A DNA stretch of 40,151 nucleotides from an uncultured Bacteriovoracaceae bacterium (GTDB lineage: Bacteria > Bdellovibrionota > UBA1018): contig CAYJTX010000001.1 of the NCBI GenBank assembly GCA_964372615.1, positions 1 through 40,151 of the forward strand, in the 5' to 3' direction. A program made the position numbers and the translations under genes. Positions 1-9,106 of this stretch are shown here, piece after piece (the first letter of the stretch is position 1; the number at the start of each line of letters is the position of its first letter). Below the pieces are notes generated by a model. That model made no database searches and was not told the origin of the DNA. It worked only from the letters and a program-made list of their open reading frames with translations.

Positions 1-37
1 ATAACACACTCTTTCCCTACACGAGCTCTTCCGATCT
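1..37. other. Sequencing-adapter remnant (3' part of the Illumina TruSeq universal adapter) at the contig end
   Basis: Bases 6-37 read ACACTCTTTCCCTACACGA-GCTCTTCCGATCT. This is the Illumina adapter ACACTCTTTCCCTACACGACGCTCTTCCGATCT with one C missing. High-GC coding sequence starts immediately afterwards. Confidence 0.9.
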
Positions 38-810
38 TGCCCCTTTCAGCGCTCCTCTTTCTCGCGGCCGCGCACCCCACCCCGCTGGCTCGGGCGGAAG
101 GCCTTCCGCTGGACCCCTCGCAGTTTCCGGACCCGAACGGCCTGCTCTCGGACTCGGTCGCGAAGTCCTTCACCCAGACGGTTGCGATGGCTGCCGACCA
201 CCGGCCCTACGAACCCGCCACTCCCCTCGGCTCGTCGCTCGGCCTGGACCTCGGCGTCGAGGTCACGCTCATGAAGGTGCCGGAGCATTTCAACAACGCC
301 CTGACGGAGCTGGGCGCCGGCGAGCTTGAGCTTCCGGTTCTCCCGGTCCCGGTCCTCCACGTCCACAAGGGGATCTCGACCTTCGCGGAAATAGGATTGA
401 GCGGCATCGTCTTCCGGACCTTTCGCATTTACGGCGGGAGCTTCAAGGTCGCCGTCTTCCAGCCGACGGAAGGGCCCACGGTCGCGCTTCGCCTCGGGTA
501 CACCTTCGCGAAGATCGAGAGCGTCACGACGAAGACGATCACGCCGGCCATCATCGTCTCCCGCCGCATGGCGTACGCCGATCCCTACGTCAGCCTGGGT
601 GCGCAGATCATGCAAGGAACGGTGACCGTGCCGCTCACCGTGTTTGGCACTCCGCTTGAGGCCACGAAGAGCGCGCGCGCCTACACGGGCTTCGCCAGCC
701 TCGGGGTGAAGTTCCGGATTCCCTACATCGCGCTCGCGCTTACCCTGGAGGGCTCGTACAATTCGGGGGGCGGGCAGACGCTCGGAACGAAGATCGGGCT
801 GACATTCTAG
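37..810 (+). CDS. Putative outer-membrane beta-barrel protein (5' end obscured by the adapter junction)
   Basis: The frame is open up to the adapter, so the TTG 'start' at 37 straddles the junction and is an artefact. The N-terminus LSALLFLAAAHPTPLARAEG looks like the tail of a signal peptide. The sequence has an alternating beta-strand pattern, a C-terminal ...GTKIGLTF with terminal Phe, and strong GC3 bias. Confidence 0.5.
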   Translation: MPLSALLFLAAAHPTPLARAEGLPLDPSQFPDPNGLLSDSVAKSFTQTVAMAADHRPYEPATPLGSSLGLDLGVEVTLMKVPEHFNNALTELGAGELELPVLPVPVLHVHKGISTFAEIGLSGIVFRTFRIYGGSFKVAVFQPTEGPTVALRLGYTFAKIESVTTKTITPAIIVSRRMAYADPYVSLGAQIMQGTVTVPLTVFGTPLEATKSARAYTGFASLGVKFRIPYIALALTLEGSYNSGGGQTLGTKIGLTF

Positions 811-814
811 CAGG

Positions 815-1777
815 GTGCGCTACACTCAGGGTGTGGCGGTTCAGCTCCTCCTGATTTCCGATCGCAGCGACGACGTAGGATTCGCGGAGCTGATTGCCTC
901 GGCCAACGACTTCGATCTCGTGAAGCTCACGTCGGGGGGAGAGGTTCGGGCCCAGCTCGTGGAGCGCCCCCAGTCGGTGGTGCTCTGGAACATCGACGCC
1001 AGAGCGAAGATTGACGGCATCAGCCAGATCCTCCTCAAGTCCATCCAGCCGGTCCGCGTTTTCACGTTGAGCGACCAGCCCCTGAGCCGCTATCGCAGCG
1101 TTTTCAGCCGTCCGGCCTTCGGCCACAACATCCTCCGCCGATTCGGAGACCCGGCGCCGGTGATCTACGCCAAGCTCATGGCGGAGGCGATGACCCCCTA
1201 CCCGCTCGGCACGGCCCGCTACCTGCCCGAAGGCACCCCTATCCAGAAGATCACCCTGAGCCGCTCCACCCAGAAAAACGCCGCGGTCGAAGCCATTCAG
1301 AACCACTTCACCAAGCGCAACATCGTTCCCCGGCTCGCGGCGTTGGTCGCACAGGCGGCGGACGAGCTCATCATGAACGCCATCTTCGACGCCCCCGTCC
1401 TCCCGAACGGGGTTCAGTATCGTCGAAATCTCAGCCGAGCCCAGGATTTCGAGCTCGGTGACAATGAGCGCGTGGAAGTGGAGGTCGGCTCGTCGTCCGA
1501 CTACGTCGCCGTGTCAGTCAGCGACCCGTTCGGCTCGCTTCAGAAGGCGACGCTGCTGCGTTTCCTCAGCAAGTCCTACGAGAAGGAAAGCTACGTCGTG
1601 AAGCGCTCCGATCCGGAAGCGGGCCTGGGTATCCACAGAGTGATCCGGGCGGGCCTGAGCCTGCTCTTCGTCTGCCAGCCGAAGAAAAAGACACAGGTGA
1701 CGGTTCTCTTCCCGATAGCACCGAATTACCGGACCTTTCGCTCGGGATTCCGGTTCATCAGCATGATGACCGAGTGA
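815..1777 (+). CDS. Hypothetical signalling protein: receiver-like N-terminal domain plus RsbW/SpoIIAB-like GHKL (anti-sigma serine kinase-like) domain
   Basis: ORF with strong GC3. The N-terminus VAVQLLLISDRSDD... has a receiver-like layout. The C-terminal half has an N-box-like AADELIMNAIFDAP and a G-box-like EAGLGIHRVIRAGLSLLF. The start is ambiguous (GTG 815 or GTG 833). The call rests on motifs only. Confidence 0.45.
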   Translation: MRYTQGVAVQLLLISDRSDDVGFAELIASANDFDLVKLTSGGEVRAQLVERPQSVVLWNIDARAKIDGISQILLKSIQPVRVFTLSDQPLSRYRSVFSRPAFGHNILRRFGDPAPVIYAKLMAEAMTPYPLGTARYLPEGTPIQKITLSRSTQKNAAVEAIQNHFTKRNIVPRLAALVAQAADELIMNAIFDAPVLPNGVQYRRNLSRAQDFELGDNERVEVEVGSSSDYVAVSVSDPFGSLQKATLLRFLSKSYEKESYVVKRSDPEAGLGIHRVIRAGLSLLFVCQPKKKTQVTVLFPIAPNYRTFRSGFRFISMMTE

Positions 1778-1925
1778 GGGGTATGGGCGGGGAATAGCCC
1801 GCTCACGCCATCCACCCGTCGTCGCGCTGCGCTGTGAGTTTCACTGCGATCGACTGCCCGGTCTTTGGTCACTGTCCAAACGAGAGCGCTCGCCAGACCT
1901 GCTTCCAAACTTCCGTGGAAAACCG

Positions 1926-4028
1926 CTACTTATTCTCCTTTGCGCGCTTCTCCTGATGCTTGCGCGACATCTCTTCCTGGACGTTCCGCGGGACCGCCGA
2001 GTACTTCATGAACTCCATCGTGAACTCGCCCTTGCCCTGGGTGGCCGAACGCAGGTCGGTGGCGTAGCCGAACATCTCGGTCAGGGGCACCTCGGCCTCG
2101 ACGACCGAGAACGCCTCGTGCGTCGCGCTCCCGACGATCATGCCGCGGCGCTGGTTGATCTGAGCCATGACGGAGCCCTGAAACTCCTCGGGCGCCTGCA
2201 CCTCGAGCTTCATGATCGGCTCGAGAACAGCCGCGCCGGCCTTCTCGTACGCCTCGCGAAACGCCATGAGGGCTGCGGTCTTGAACGCCTGCTCGCTCGA
2301 GTCGACCTGGTGGGAGGCGCCGTCGTTGATCACCACCCGCACACCCACGATCGGGAAGCCGATCAGCCGGCCTTCTTTCACCGCCTCCACGAAACCCTTT
2401 TCGCAGGCAGGGATGAACTCGCGCGGGATCGACCCGCCCGTGATCTCGTCGACGAACTCGAAGAGCAGGGCCGAATCCGAAGGCAGCGGCTCGACGTAAC
2501 CCGCGACCCGGCCGTACTGGCCTGAGCCGCCCGTCTGCTTCTTGTGCGTGTAGTTGAACGTGGCCTTCTGGGTGATCGTCTCGCGGAACGCCACCTGCGG
2601 CTTGCCGACGATGACGTCACAGTGGAACTCGCGCTTCATCCGCTCGCAGTAGATCTCGAGGTGCAGCTCGCCCATCCCGCTGATGATCGTCTCGGCGCTC
2701 TCCTCGTCGCGGTGCACCCGGAAGGTCGGATCTTCCTTGGTGAACTTGTTGAGCCCCTTGGAAAAGTGGTTCTGCGAGCTCTTGTCCTTGGGCGCGATCG
2801 CGAGCGAGATGACCGCGTTCGGGATGAACATGGACGTCATCGTGTACTTGATCGTGCCGTCGGTGAACGTGTCGCCGGACGCGCAGTCGACGCCGAAGAG
2901 CGCCACAATGTCGCCCGCCTGCGCCTCCTCCACGTCGTTCATCTCGTCGGCGTGCATGTGCACCAGGCGCGGCACCTTCACCTTGCGATCGTTGGACGAG
3001 TTATAGATGAAGCTGCCCTTGGCGAGCTTGCCCTGGTACATGCGCATGTACGTCAGCTGCCCATACCGGCCCTCGTCGAGCTTGAACGCCAGCCCCACGA
3101 ACGGGAGGTTCGAGTCGGTCTTTAGAACGAGCTTCTCCTCGTTCTTGCGCTGGTCGAGCGCGACGTTCTCCTTCTCCATGGGATTGGGAAGGTAGTAAGT
3201 GACCGCGTCGAGCAGGAGCTGGACTCCCTTGTTCTTGTAGGCCGAGCCGACCATGACGGGCGTGAACTGGAGCGAGAGCGTCGCCTTGCGGATCGCCCGA
3301 CGGAGCTCCTCGACCGAGACCGAGGTCCCCTCGAGGTACTTGATCCCGACCTCCTCGTCGAACTCGCCCACCGCGGCGGTGAGATCTTCGCGATACTTCG
3401 TGCAGTCCGCCAGCATCTCCGGCGGGATCGCCTCTTCGCGGATGATCTCGCCGTTTTCTCCGTCGAAGTAGAAAGCCCGCATCGTGACCAGATCGACCAC
3501 GCCTTTGAACTGGTCCTCGGCCCCGATCGGATAATTGATCAGGTGGGCATTGTGCCGCAGCTTATCGCGCAGCATCTGCACTCCCCGGAAGGGGTTGGCG
3601 CCGGCGCGATCCATCTTGTTGACGAAGCAGATGCGCGGGACTTTGTACCGACGCATCTGGCGGTCGACCGTGATGGACTGCGACTGCACGCCGGCCACGG
3701 AGCAGAGCACGAGCACCGCGCCGTCCAGCACTCGCAGCGACCGCTCGACCTCAATCGTGAAGTCGACGTGGCCGGGCGTGTCGATGAGATTGATGTTGAA
3801 GTCTTTCCAAACGCAGTAGGTCGCCGCCGACTGGATCGTGATGCCCTTTTCGCGCTCGAGGTCCATGAAGTCCATGGTGGCGCCGACCTGGTCCTTGCCC
3901 TTCACCTCGTGAATGGCGTGGATCTTCTTCGTATAGAAGAGAATCCGTTCGGAGAGTGTCGTCTTACCCGAGTCGATGTGGGCGGAAATGCCGATATTGC
4001 GGACTTTGGAACTATCAATACGCGCCAT
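1926..4028 (-). CDS. fusA: Translation elongation factor G
   Basis: 700-aa ORF with GTPase motifs AHIDSGKTT (G1), DTPGHVDF (G3) and NKMD (G4) and a full EF-G-length body. It is not adjacent to rpsL/rpsG/tuf, so it may be an EF-G paralogue. Confidence 0.93.
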   Translation of the reverse strand: MARIDSSKVRNIGISAHIDSGKTTLSERILFYTKKIHAIHEVKGKDQVGATMDFMDLEREKGITIQSAATYCVWKDFNINLIDTPGHVDFTIEVERSLRVLDGAVLVLCSVAGVQSQSITVDRQMRRYKVPRICFVNKMDRAGANPFRGVQMLRDKLRHNAHLINYPIGAEDQFKGVVDLVTMRAFYFDGENGEIIREEAIPPEMLADCTKYREDLTAAVGEFDEEVGIKYLEGTSVSVEELRRAIRKATLSLQFTPVMVGSAYKNKGVQLLLDAVTYYLPNPMEKENVALDQRKNEEKLVLKTDSNLPFVGLAFKLDEGRYGQLTYMRMYQGKLAKGSFIYNSSNDRKVKVPRLVHMHADEMNDVEEAQAGDIVALFGVDCASGDTFTDGTIKYTMTSMFIPNAVISLAIAPKDKSSQNHFSKGLNKFTKEDPTFRVHRDEESAETIISGMGELHLEIYCERMKREFHCDVIVGKPQVAFRETITQKATFNYTHKKQTGGSGQYGRVAGYVEPLPSDSALLFEFVDEITGGSIPREFIPACEKGFVEAVKEGRLIGFPIVGVRVVINDGASHQVDSSEQAFKTAALMAFREAYEKAGAAVLEPIMKLEVQAPEEFQGSVMAQINQRRGMIVGSATHEAFSVVEAEVPLTEMFGYATDLRSATQGKGEFTMEFMKYSAVPRNVQEEMSRKHQEKRAKENK

Positions 4029-4079
4029 AACGGAGATCTTTACCCGGGTACTCCCCCCTGGATCAAGGGGAATGATCTG

Positions 4080-4517
4080 TTATCTCGTGGCCTTCGCCCT
4101 TCCATGCTTCAGCGAAGACATCAGGGACTCGACCCGGGTCTGGAGGTCTCGAACCATTTCCTCCCGTTGGCCCGCCAGCTGTATGAGTTTCTTGTACTTC
4201 GCCTGCAAGACGATCTCAGCCGTCGTGTTCCGCATGAAGAGGACCGCGCCCAACACATCGTCCGAATCCGGGTCGGGGATCGGAGATACCTTGAGAATCA
4301 TTCGAAGCTTGGTCTCTCCCAGGGTGGCTGGAAGCTCATCAAATCGCGCGACGGCCTTTCGCTGAATGGCGGCCAGTACCTGGCAGCCCTTGTCGCAAAC
4401 AGATAATTTCAGTCGGTCGCAGAAGACAGGTGAGCTCTTGAGCTCGCGGGCCCGCATTCCCAGAAGGTGTCTAGCTCCTATATCACTGAAAATAATATGA
4501 TTTTCACGATCCACCAC
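4080..4517 (-). CDS. PAS-domain protein with coiled-coil tail (true start unresolved; frame stays open up to 4592)
   Basis: The PAS-like core is ...DPVCVVDRENHIIFSDIGARHLLGMRARELKSS...LGAVLFMRNTT. The tracked start is GTG 4517, but the PAS N-cap (LNRPGLEAAL) is encoded upstream in the same frame. No ATG/GTG/TTG lies between 4518 and 4592. Confidence 0.6.
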   Translation of the reverse strand: MVDRENHIIFSDIGARHLLGMRARELKSSPVFCDRLKLSVCDKGCQVLAAIQRKAVARFDELPATLGETKLRMILKVSPIPDPDSDDVLGAVLFMRNTTAEIVLQAKYKKLIQLAGQREEMVRDLQTRVESLMSSLKHGRAKATR

Positions 4518-4592
4518 ACAGACCGGATCGAGCGCGGCCTCAAGCCCCGGCCGGTTCAGGTGAATCCACTCATCGATTTTCAGCGTCTCTCC

Positions 4593-5210
4593 TCATGACT
4601 GCGGACCCAGTCGCTTCACGAACCCGAAATACTCGTCCGGGACGGAGTCAAAATCCATGGTCGCTTCGCAGCCCGAGCACTTGGGCTTCGGAACCAAAGC
4701 CTCGTCTCCCGCGAACTGCACTTCCTGAGGGAGCAGCAGGACCACTTCGGTCTTCGCGCAGGCCTTGCAGAAGTAGGGGGCCTGAAACGACAGGACCTGG
4801 TGCCCCTTGCCGAACATATTCGGAATCATGTTGGCCTGCTCGACGATCCGCTCACAGACATTGACGTAAAAAACCGCCAGTGCCGGCGGAATCCGCTCCA
4901 GGAAAATGAGCCACTCCCGCACGCCACAGGAGTTCATGTGCGAGATGTGACCCAGATCGAACTCCACGAACTGGAGCGTCAGCGACTGGCGCGCGATCAG
5001 ATCCAGAATGCTCTGGAAGTTGATGTCCTCGTCGAACGTGCCCTGGGGACGCACGACCGCTCCGCCCCTGACGAACTCCACTTCGATCTTCAGCTTACCG
5101 AAATCGGCAAGTAAGGTCGGGGCTGGACACATAGGGTCTTCATCCTCATCGGTAGGCGCTAACGGAACCCTGAGAAACGCGGCGACAGCCCCGAGGATCT
5201 CCTTTCCCAT
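4593..5210 (-). CDS. STAS-domain (anti-sigma-antagonist-like) protein with C-terminal CxxC...CxxC zinc-ribbon-like tail
   Basis: The STAS-like core is GKLKIEVEFVRGGAVVRPQGTFDEDINFQSILDLI...LQFVEFDLGHISHMNSCGVREWLIF. It is followed by FCKACAK...CSGCE. The TGA stop at 4595-4593 is in frame with the downstream PAS ORF. Confidence 0.6.
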   Translation of the reverse strand: MGKEILGAVAAFLRVPLAPTDEDEDPMCPAPTLLADFGKLKIEVEFVRGGAVVRPQGTFDEDINFQSILDLIARQSLTLQFVEFDLGHISHMNSCGVREWLIFLERIPPALAVFYVNVCERIVEQANMIPNMFGKGHQVLSFQAPYFCKACAKTEVVLLLPQEVQFAGDEALVPKPKCSGCEATMDFDSVPDEYFGFVKRLGPQS

Positions 5211-5240
5211 TTTTCATCACCCTGCTAACCCTAGGAAATT

Positions 5241-5774
5241 ATGAAGCGACTGTTCTGGGTCGACCTGGAAATGACCGGTCTCGACGAAGTTCGCGACTCC
5301 ATTCTGGAAGTAGCCGCCATCGTGACGGATCTCGACTTCAAGCCTGTTGAGACCTTTCATCAGATTGTGTTCCAGCCCCTGAGCGTCCTCGAGGCCATGA
5401 GCGCCTGGTGCAAGAAGACTCATGGCGAGAGCGGCCTCACGGCGGCCGTGGCGAAGGGCACTCCCCTCGCCGACGTCGAGCGCGAGCTGCTCCGGCTCCT
5501 CGAGCGGCATTTCGATCCCAAGGAGAGGGTCGTGCTCTGCGGAAACTCGGTGGGCAACGACCGGCGCTTCATCGACCGGTACCTCCCCGAGACTTCGAAG
5601 CGCCTGCACTACCGGCTCATCGACGTGAGCTCGTTCAAGGAGGTCTTCCGCGAAAAGTACGGCGTGAAATTCGAGAAAAAGAGCACCCATCGCGCGGTCG
5701 ACGATATTCTGGAGTCGATTCGAGAGCTCCAGCACTACCTTTCCTTCGTGCACCCGCCCGAGAAGCCGAAGTGA
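5241..5774 (+). CDS. orn: Oligoribonuclease (DEDDh 3'-5' exoribonuclease)
   Basis: 177 aa. The N-terminus is LFWVDLEMTGLD (Exo I motif). It also has ...LCGNSVGNDRRFI... (Exo II) and ...THRAVDDILESIRELQHY (Exo III with His), the typical Orn layout and size. Confidence 0.9.
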   Translation: MKRLFWVDLEMTGLDEVRDSILEVAAIVTDLDFKPVETFHQIVFQPLSVLEAMSAWCKKTHGESGLTAAVAKGTPLADVERELLRLLERHFDPKERVVLCGNSVGNDRRFIDRYLPETSKRLHYRLIDVSSFKEVFREKYGVKFEKKSTHRAVDDILESIRELQHYLSFVHPPEKPK

Positions 5775-6187
5775 CCCGCCCCAGCTTCGAGCAGATCTAC
5801 CTCAGGCTCGCTCTCTCGCTGGCCGAGCGCTCGACCTGCAAGCGGCTACGCGTCGGTACCGTCATCACTTCCACCGATTTCCGGAAGGTTTTGGCCGTGG
5901 GATACAACGGCAACGCCACCGGCCTGCCGAATGCCTGCGACCGCGAGGAAGTCGGCAACTGCGGGTGCCTGCATTCCGAGGAGAACGCGGTCATCAACTG
6001 CGACGCGCCTCGGGATACCCGGAAGATCGTCTTCGTCACCCACCTGCCCTGCGTCGCGTGCGCCAAGCGTCTCATCAACCTGGGAAACGTCGAGGCCGTT
6101 TACTACGCGAACGACTACCGGATCAGGGATTCGGTCGATTTACTGCGATCCGTTGGGATCCGCGTCGAGCTGCGGGTACCGGAATGA
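5771..6187 (+). CDS. dCMP deaminase / CMP-dCMP zinc-binding deaminase (ComEB-type)
   Basis: The GTG start at 5771 overlaps the orn stop (GTGA). Zinc motifs CLHSEENAV (H-x-E) and HLPCVACAK (PCxxC) are present. The N-terminal part of tracked ORF 5408..6187 is Arg/Pro-rich read-through of the orn region, not coding in this frame. Confidence 0.85.
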   Translation: MTRPSFEQIYLRLALSLAERSTCKRLRVGTVITSTDFRKVLAVGYNGNATGLPNACDREEVGNCGCLHSEENAVINCDAPRDTRKIVFVTHLPCVACAKRLINLGNVEAVYYANDYRIRDSVDLLRSVGIRVELRVPE

Positions 6188-9018
6188 AACGCGCGTGCAG
6201 GGCGGCCGCTCTCGCCGCGCTCGCCGCCGGAATCGGCCTCGGGTGCATGAGCGCCCCGAAGCCGCCGGGAGCGGAAAGCGGAGCCCAGGCCCGCCCCGGA
6301 GTCCTGAGCCGCGAGACCGCGTCCCGTCGGGCTCGCCAGATCGGCAGGCTCAGCTACTCCCTCTGGTTCGGGCTGGATCAGGCGGGAGACCCGTCGCAGG
6401 CGAACTTCACGGGCCGTGCGGCCATTCGCTTTGAGCTGAGGGAAAAGGCCGCATCCGTCGGCGACGAGCTCGCGATCGACTTCGAAGGCGGCGAGATCCG
6501 CGCTCTCACGATCAACGGAGCGGCTCAGCCCGAGGCGTTCGTGCGGGAGCGGTACGACGGCCACCTGCTGAAGCTGCGGCTCGCGGAGCTCGCCCAGGGG
6601 GCGAACCGTCTGGAGATCGCTTACACCCACCCCTTCAGTACGACCGGCAACGGCCTCCATCGCGCCCAGGATCCGGTCGACGCCGCCACCTACGTCTACA
6701 CGAACCTGGAGCCGTTCAGCGCGAACAAGGTCTTTCCGTGCTTCGACCAGCCCGACCTCAAGGCCTCGTACGAGGTCACGGTCGAGGCGCCCCGCGACTG
6801 GATCGTCATCGCCAACACCCAGGAGCGCGAGGTGACGACCCTCAACGGCCGGTCGAGCTGGCAGTTCCCGCCGTCGCCGTCGTTCAGCACCTACGTCTTC
6901 GCACTCATGGCCGGCCCGTTCGCCGTCTGGGAGAGCGAGGCCGACGGGATTCCGCTGCGGCTGCTGGCGCGAGAATCCCTGCGGAAGCACGTCGATTACC
7001 GGGAGTGGTTCGACGTCACGCGCGCCGGCCTCGCGTTCTACAATCTCCAGTTCGGCTATCCCTATCCGTACTCGAAGTACGACCAGATCCTGGTGCCCGA
7101 CTTCAACGCGGGCGCCATGGAAAACGTGGGGGCAGTGACCTTCTCCGAGCGCTTCATCTTCCGCTCGCGTGTCACCGAGGACAAGAGACTCGGCCGCGCG
7201 CTCACGATCCTCCACGAGATGGCGCATATGTGGTTCGGGAATCTGGTGACGATGCGCTGGTGGAACGGCCTCTGGCTCAACGAGAGCTTCGCCACCTACA
7301 TCGCCAGCTGGGCGGCGTCCAAGACGCTCGCAGGCAAGGAGTCCCGCGTCTGGCAGACGTTTTTCGGAACGAAACAGTGGGCTTACTGGGAAGACCAGCT
7401 CGTGACGACCCATCCGATCGAGGTCTCGGTGCCCGACACGGATCACGCGTTCTCCAATTTCGACGGCGTGACCTACGGGAAGGGCGCGGCGAGCCTCAAG
7501 CAGCTGGTCTACCTGCTGGGAGAAGACTCGTTCCGCGAGGGCATGCAGCGGTACTTCGAGCGCTTCGCCCACCGGAACACGACGCTCGCGGATTTCATGA
7601 ACACGCTCGCGGAAGCCTCAGACCGGAAGCTCGGCGACTGGCAGAAGGCCTGGCTGCAGACCCCGGGCGTGACGGGGCTGCAGGCCGAATGGAGCTGTGG
7701 CGACGGGCCGCGAGGCGCGCGCGTCGTCGAGCGTTTCGTCCTCCGTCAGAGACCGCCCCCGGGCGGCGACCTCCGCGCCCATCGGGCGAAGGTCGCGCTT
7801 TACCGCTCGCGGGGCTCCCGCCTCGAGATCCTCGACCCGAAGGCGGACGTGATCGAAGTCGAGTACGCTCGAGCCGAGAATTCGGTTGTCTCCGCCCTCG
7901 GACGACCGTGTCCCGACTTCGTCTTCCCGAATCACGAGGACCACGACTACGCGAAGGTCTCCCTCGACGAACGCTCCCTGAGAACGGCGAAGGCGGGCCT
8001 CTCGCGCGTGGCCGATCCACTGGCTCGCCAGATGGTCTGGCACACGCTCTGGGAGATGGTCGTCGACGCGGAGCTTCGGATCCAGGATTACATCGACATC
8101 GTGATCGCGCAGGCCGGAGAAGAGAAGGACACGCAGGTTGTCTCCCGGATTCTCAGGAACGCCGTCTCGGGAGCAAGCCAGATCCTGCCCGCCGGGCCCC
8201 GGCGGGCCGAGGCGTTCGCGCGGCTGGAGACCTTCGCCCGCGGAAGGCTCACGCGCGCGTCGGCGGGCAGCGACCTCCAGCTCGTCTGGTTCGGGGCGTT
8301 TCTCTCGTCCGTAGAATCCGAGGGCGGCCGTCGCTTCGCGCACGACCTCCTGGAAGGAAAGGGGCGCCTCTCGGGCCTCAAGATCGAGCAGGATCGAAGG
8401 TGGGAGCTACTCAAGGCGCTCTCGCGAGCGGGAGGCCCGGAAATCTTCGAGCTCATCGTGCGGGAGATCCGGCGCGACCCGTCCGACCTGGGTAAGAAGG
8501 AATCTATTTCAGCCGAAGCCCGCGCGCCCGACCCGGTCATCAAGAAGAAGTGGCTCGAGCGCATCTTCAAGAGGCCTCCGGGCGACGCCTTCAAGAACTC
8601 CGACCTGGAAGAGGCGATGGCTGGCTTCAATATTCGCAATCAGGAAGCCTTTACTGAAGAGCTGGCGAAGGCCTACTTCGCCGAGCTTCCCGCGCTCGCG
8701 GCGCGCCCCGGCGAGGACGAGGAGTACCTCTCGGAGCTCGCCTCGGACATGTTCCCGCGTCTGTGCTCGGAAGACACCGTTCGGCAGGCGACCGCCCTGC
8801 TGGCTTCCCACTCAGCGCTGCCGGCGCCAGTTGTGAAGGCCCTCAAGATTTCCCGGCAGGAGGAAGAGCGCTGCGTGAAGGGCCGGCGCCTCGCGATGGG
8901 CGCAGCTCCCGCGCCAGCCGCGCCTATTGCGCCAGCCGCGCCTATTGCGCCCGCTGCGCCTATTGCGCCGATCCCCAAGCCCTCGGCGGCCCCGGCCGCC
9001 TCCTGGAATCCCTGGTGA
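6184..9018 (+). CDS. pepN: M1-family aminopeptidase N, lipoprotein form
   Basis: The ATG at 6184 overlaps the deaminase stop (ATGA). The signal peptide plus lipobox is MKRACRAAALAALAAGIGLGC. The GAMEN exopeptidase motif (NAGAMENVGAVTF) and the zincin HEMAHMWFGNLVTMRWWNGLWLNESFA (HExxH-18-E) are present. A long helical C-terminal domain ends in a Pro/Ala repeat tail. Confidence 0.9.
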   Translation: MKRACRAAALAALAAGIGLGCMSAPKPPGAESGAQARPGVLSRETASRRARQIGRLSYSLWFGLDQAGDPSQANFTGRAAIRFELREKAASVGDELAIDFEGGEIRALTINGAAQPEAFVRERYDGHLLKLRLAELAQGANRLEIAYTHPFSTTGNGLHRAQDPVDAATYVYTNLEPFSANKVFPCFDQPDLKASYEVTVEAPRDWIVIANTQEREVTTLNGRSSWQFPPSPSFSTYVFALMAGPFAVWESEADGIPLRLLARESLRKHVDYREWFDVTRAGLAFYNLQFGYPYPYSKYDQILVPDFNAGAMENVGAVTFSERFIFRSRVTEDKRLGRALTILHEMAHMWFGNLVTMRWWNGLWLNESFATYIASWAASKTLAGKESRVWQTFFGTKQWAYWEDQLVTTHPIEVSVPDTDHAFSNFDGVTYGKGAASLKQLVYLLGEDSFREGMQRYFERFAHRNTTLADFMNTLAEASDRKLGDWQKAWLQTPGVTGLQAEWSCGDGPRGARVVERFVLRQRPPPGGDLRAHRAKVALYRSRGSRLEILDPKADVIEVEYARAENSVVSALGRPCPDFVFPNHEDHDYAKVSLDERSLRTAKAGLSRVADPLARQMVWHTLWEMVVDAELRIQDYIDIVIAQAGEEKDTQVVSRILRNAVSGASQILPAGPRRAEAFARLETFARGRLTRASAGSDLQLVWFGAFLSSVESEGGRRFAHDLLEGKGRLSGLKIEQDRRWELLKALSRAGGPEIFELIVREIRRDPSDLGKKESISAEARAPDPVIKKKWLERIFKRPPGDAFKNSDLEEAMAGFNIRNQEAFTEELAKAYFAELPALAARPGEDEEYLSELASDMFPRLCSEDTVRQATALLASHSALPAPVVKALKISRQEEERCVKGRRLAMGAAPAPAAPIAPAAPIAPAAPIAPIPKPSAAPAASWNPW
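8911..8970 (+). repeat. 18-bp tandem repeat (about 3.3 copies) inside the pepN 3' end, encoding (APAAPI)n
   Basis: The units are GCGCCAGCCGCGCCTATT x2, then GCGCCCGCTGCGCCTATT, then a partial GCGCCG. They translate to APAAPIAPAAPIAPAAPIAP. Confidence 0.85.
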
Positions 9019-9106
9019 CGGGGTAACCTCCGGCCCGTCGACGCTTTTAACGCGTTGCGCGCGGATGGCCGCCTGGATAGCAAAAATAACCGGCAAATAC
9101 TAAGAC

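Noticed and set aside
645-659. Sigma54-like element TGGCAC-N5-TTGA upstream of the 815 gene.
   Set aside because: The -12 box lacks the conserved GC (TTGA instead of TTGC). The site is inside the coding region of the preceding gene. It is a single by-eye hit with no enhancer-binding protein nearby.
4593-4595. Selenocysteine or genome-wide TGA recoding as the explanation for the in-frame TGA between the STAS and PAS ORFs.
   Set aside because: I found no convincing SECIS-like hairpin 10-30 nt downstream. The local context (…GPQS-TGA-GETLK…) is not a redox motif. TGA clearly terminates other genes in the window (for example 1775-1777 and 6185-6187).
5408-6183. N-terminal extensions of tracked ORFs 5408..6187 and 5965..9018, which would give a 259-aa deaminase and a 1017-aa aminopeptidase.
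   Set aside because: The extensions overlap the orn and deaminase coding regions in other frames and translate to Arg/Pro-rich sequence. Internal starts at 5771 (GTGA overlap) and 6184 (ATGA overlap, then a lipoprotein signal peptide) give canonical proteins.
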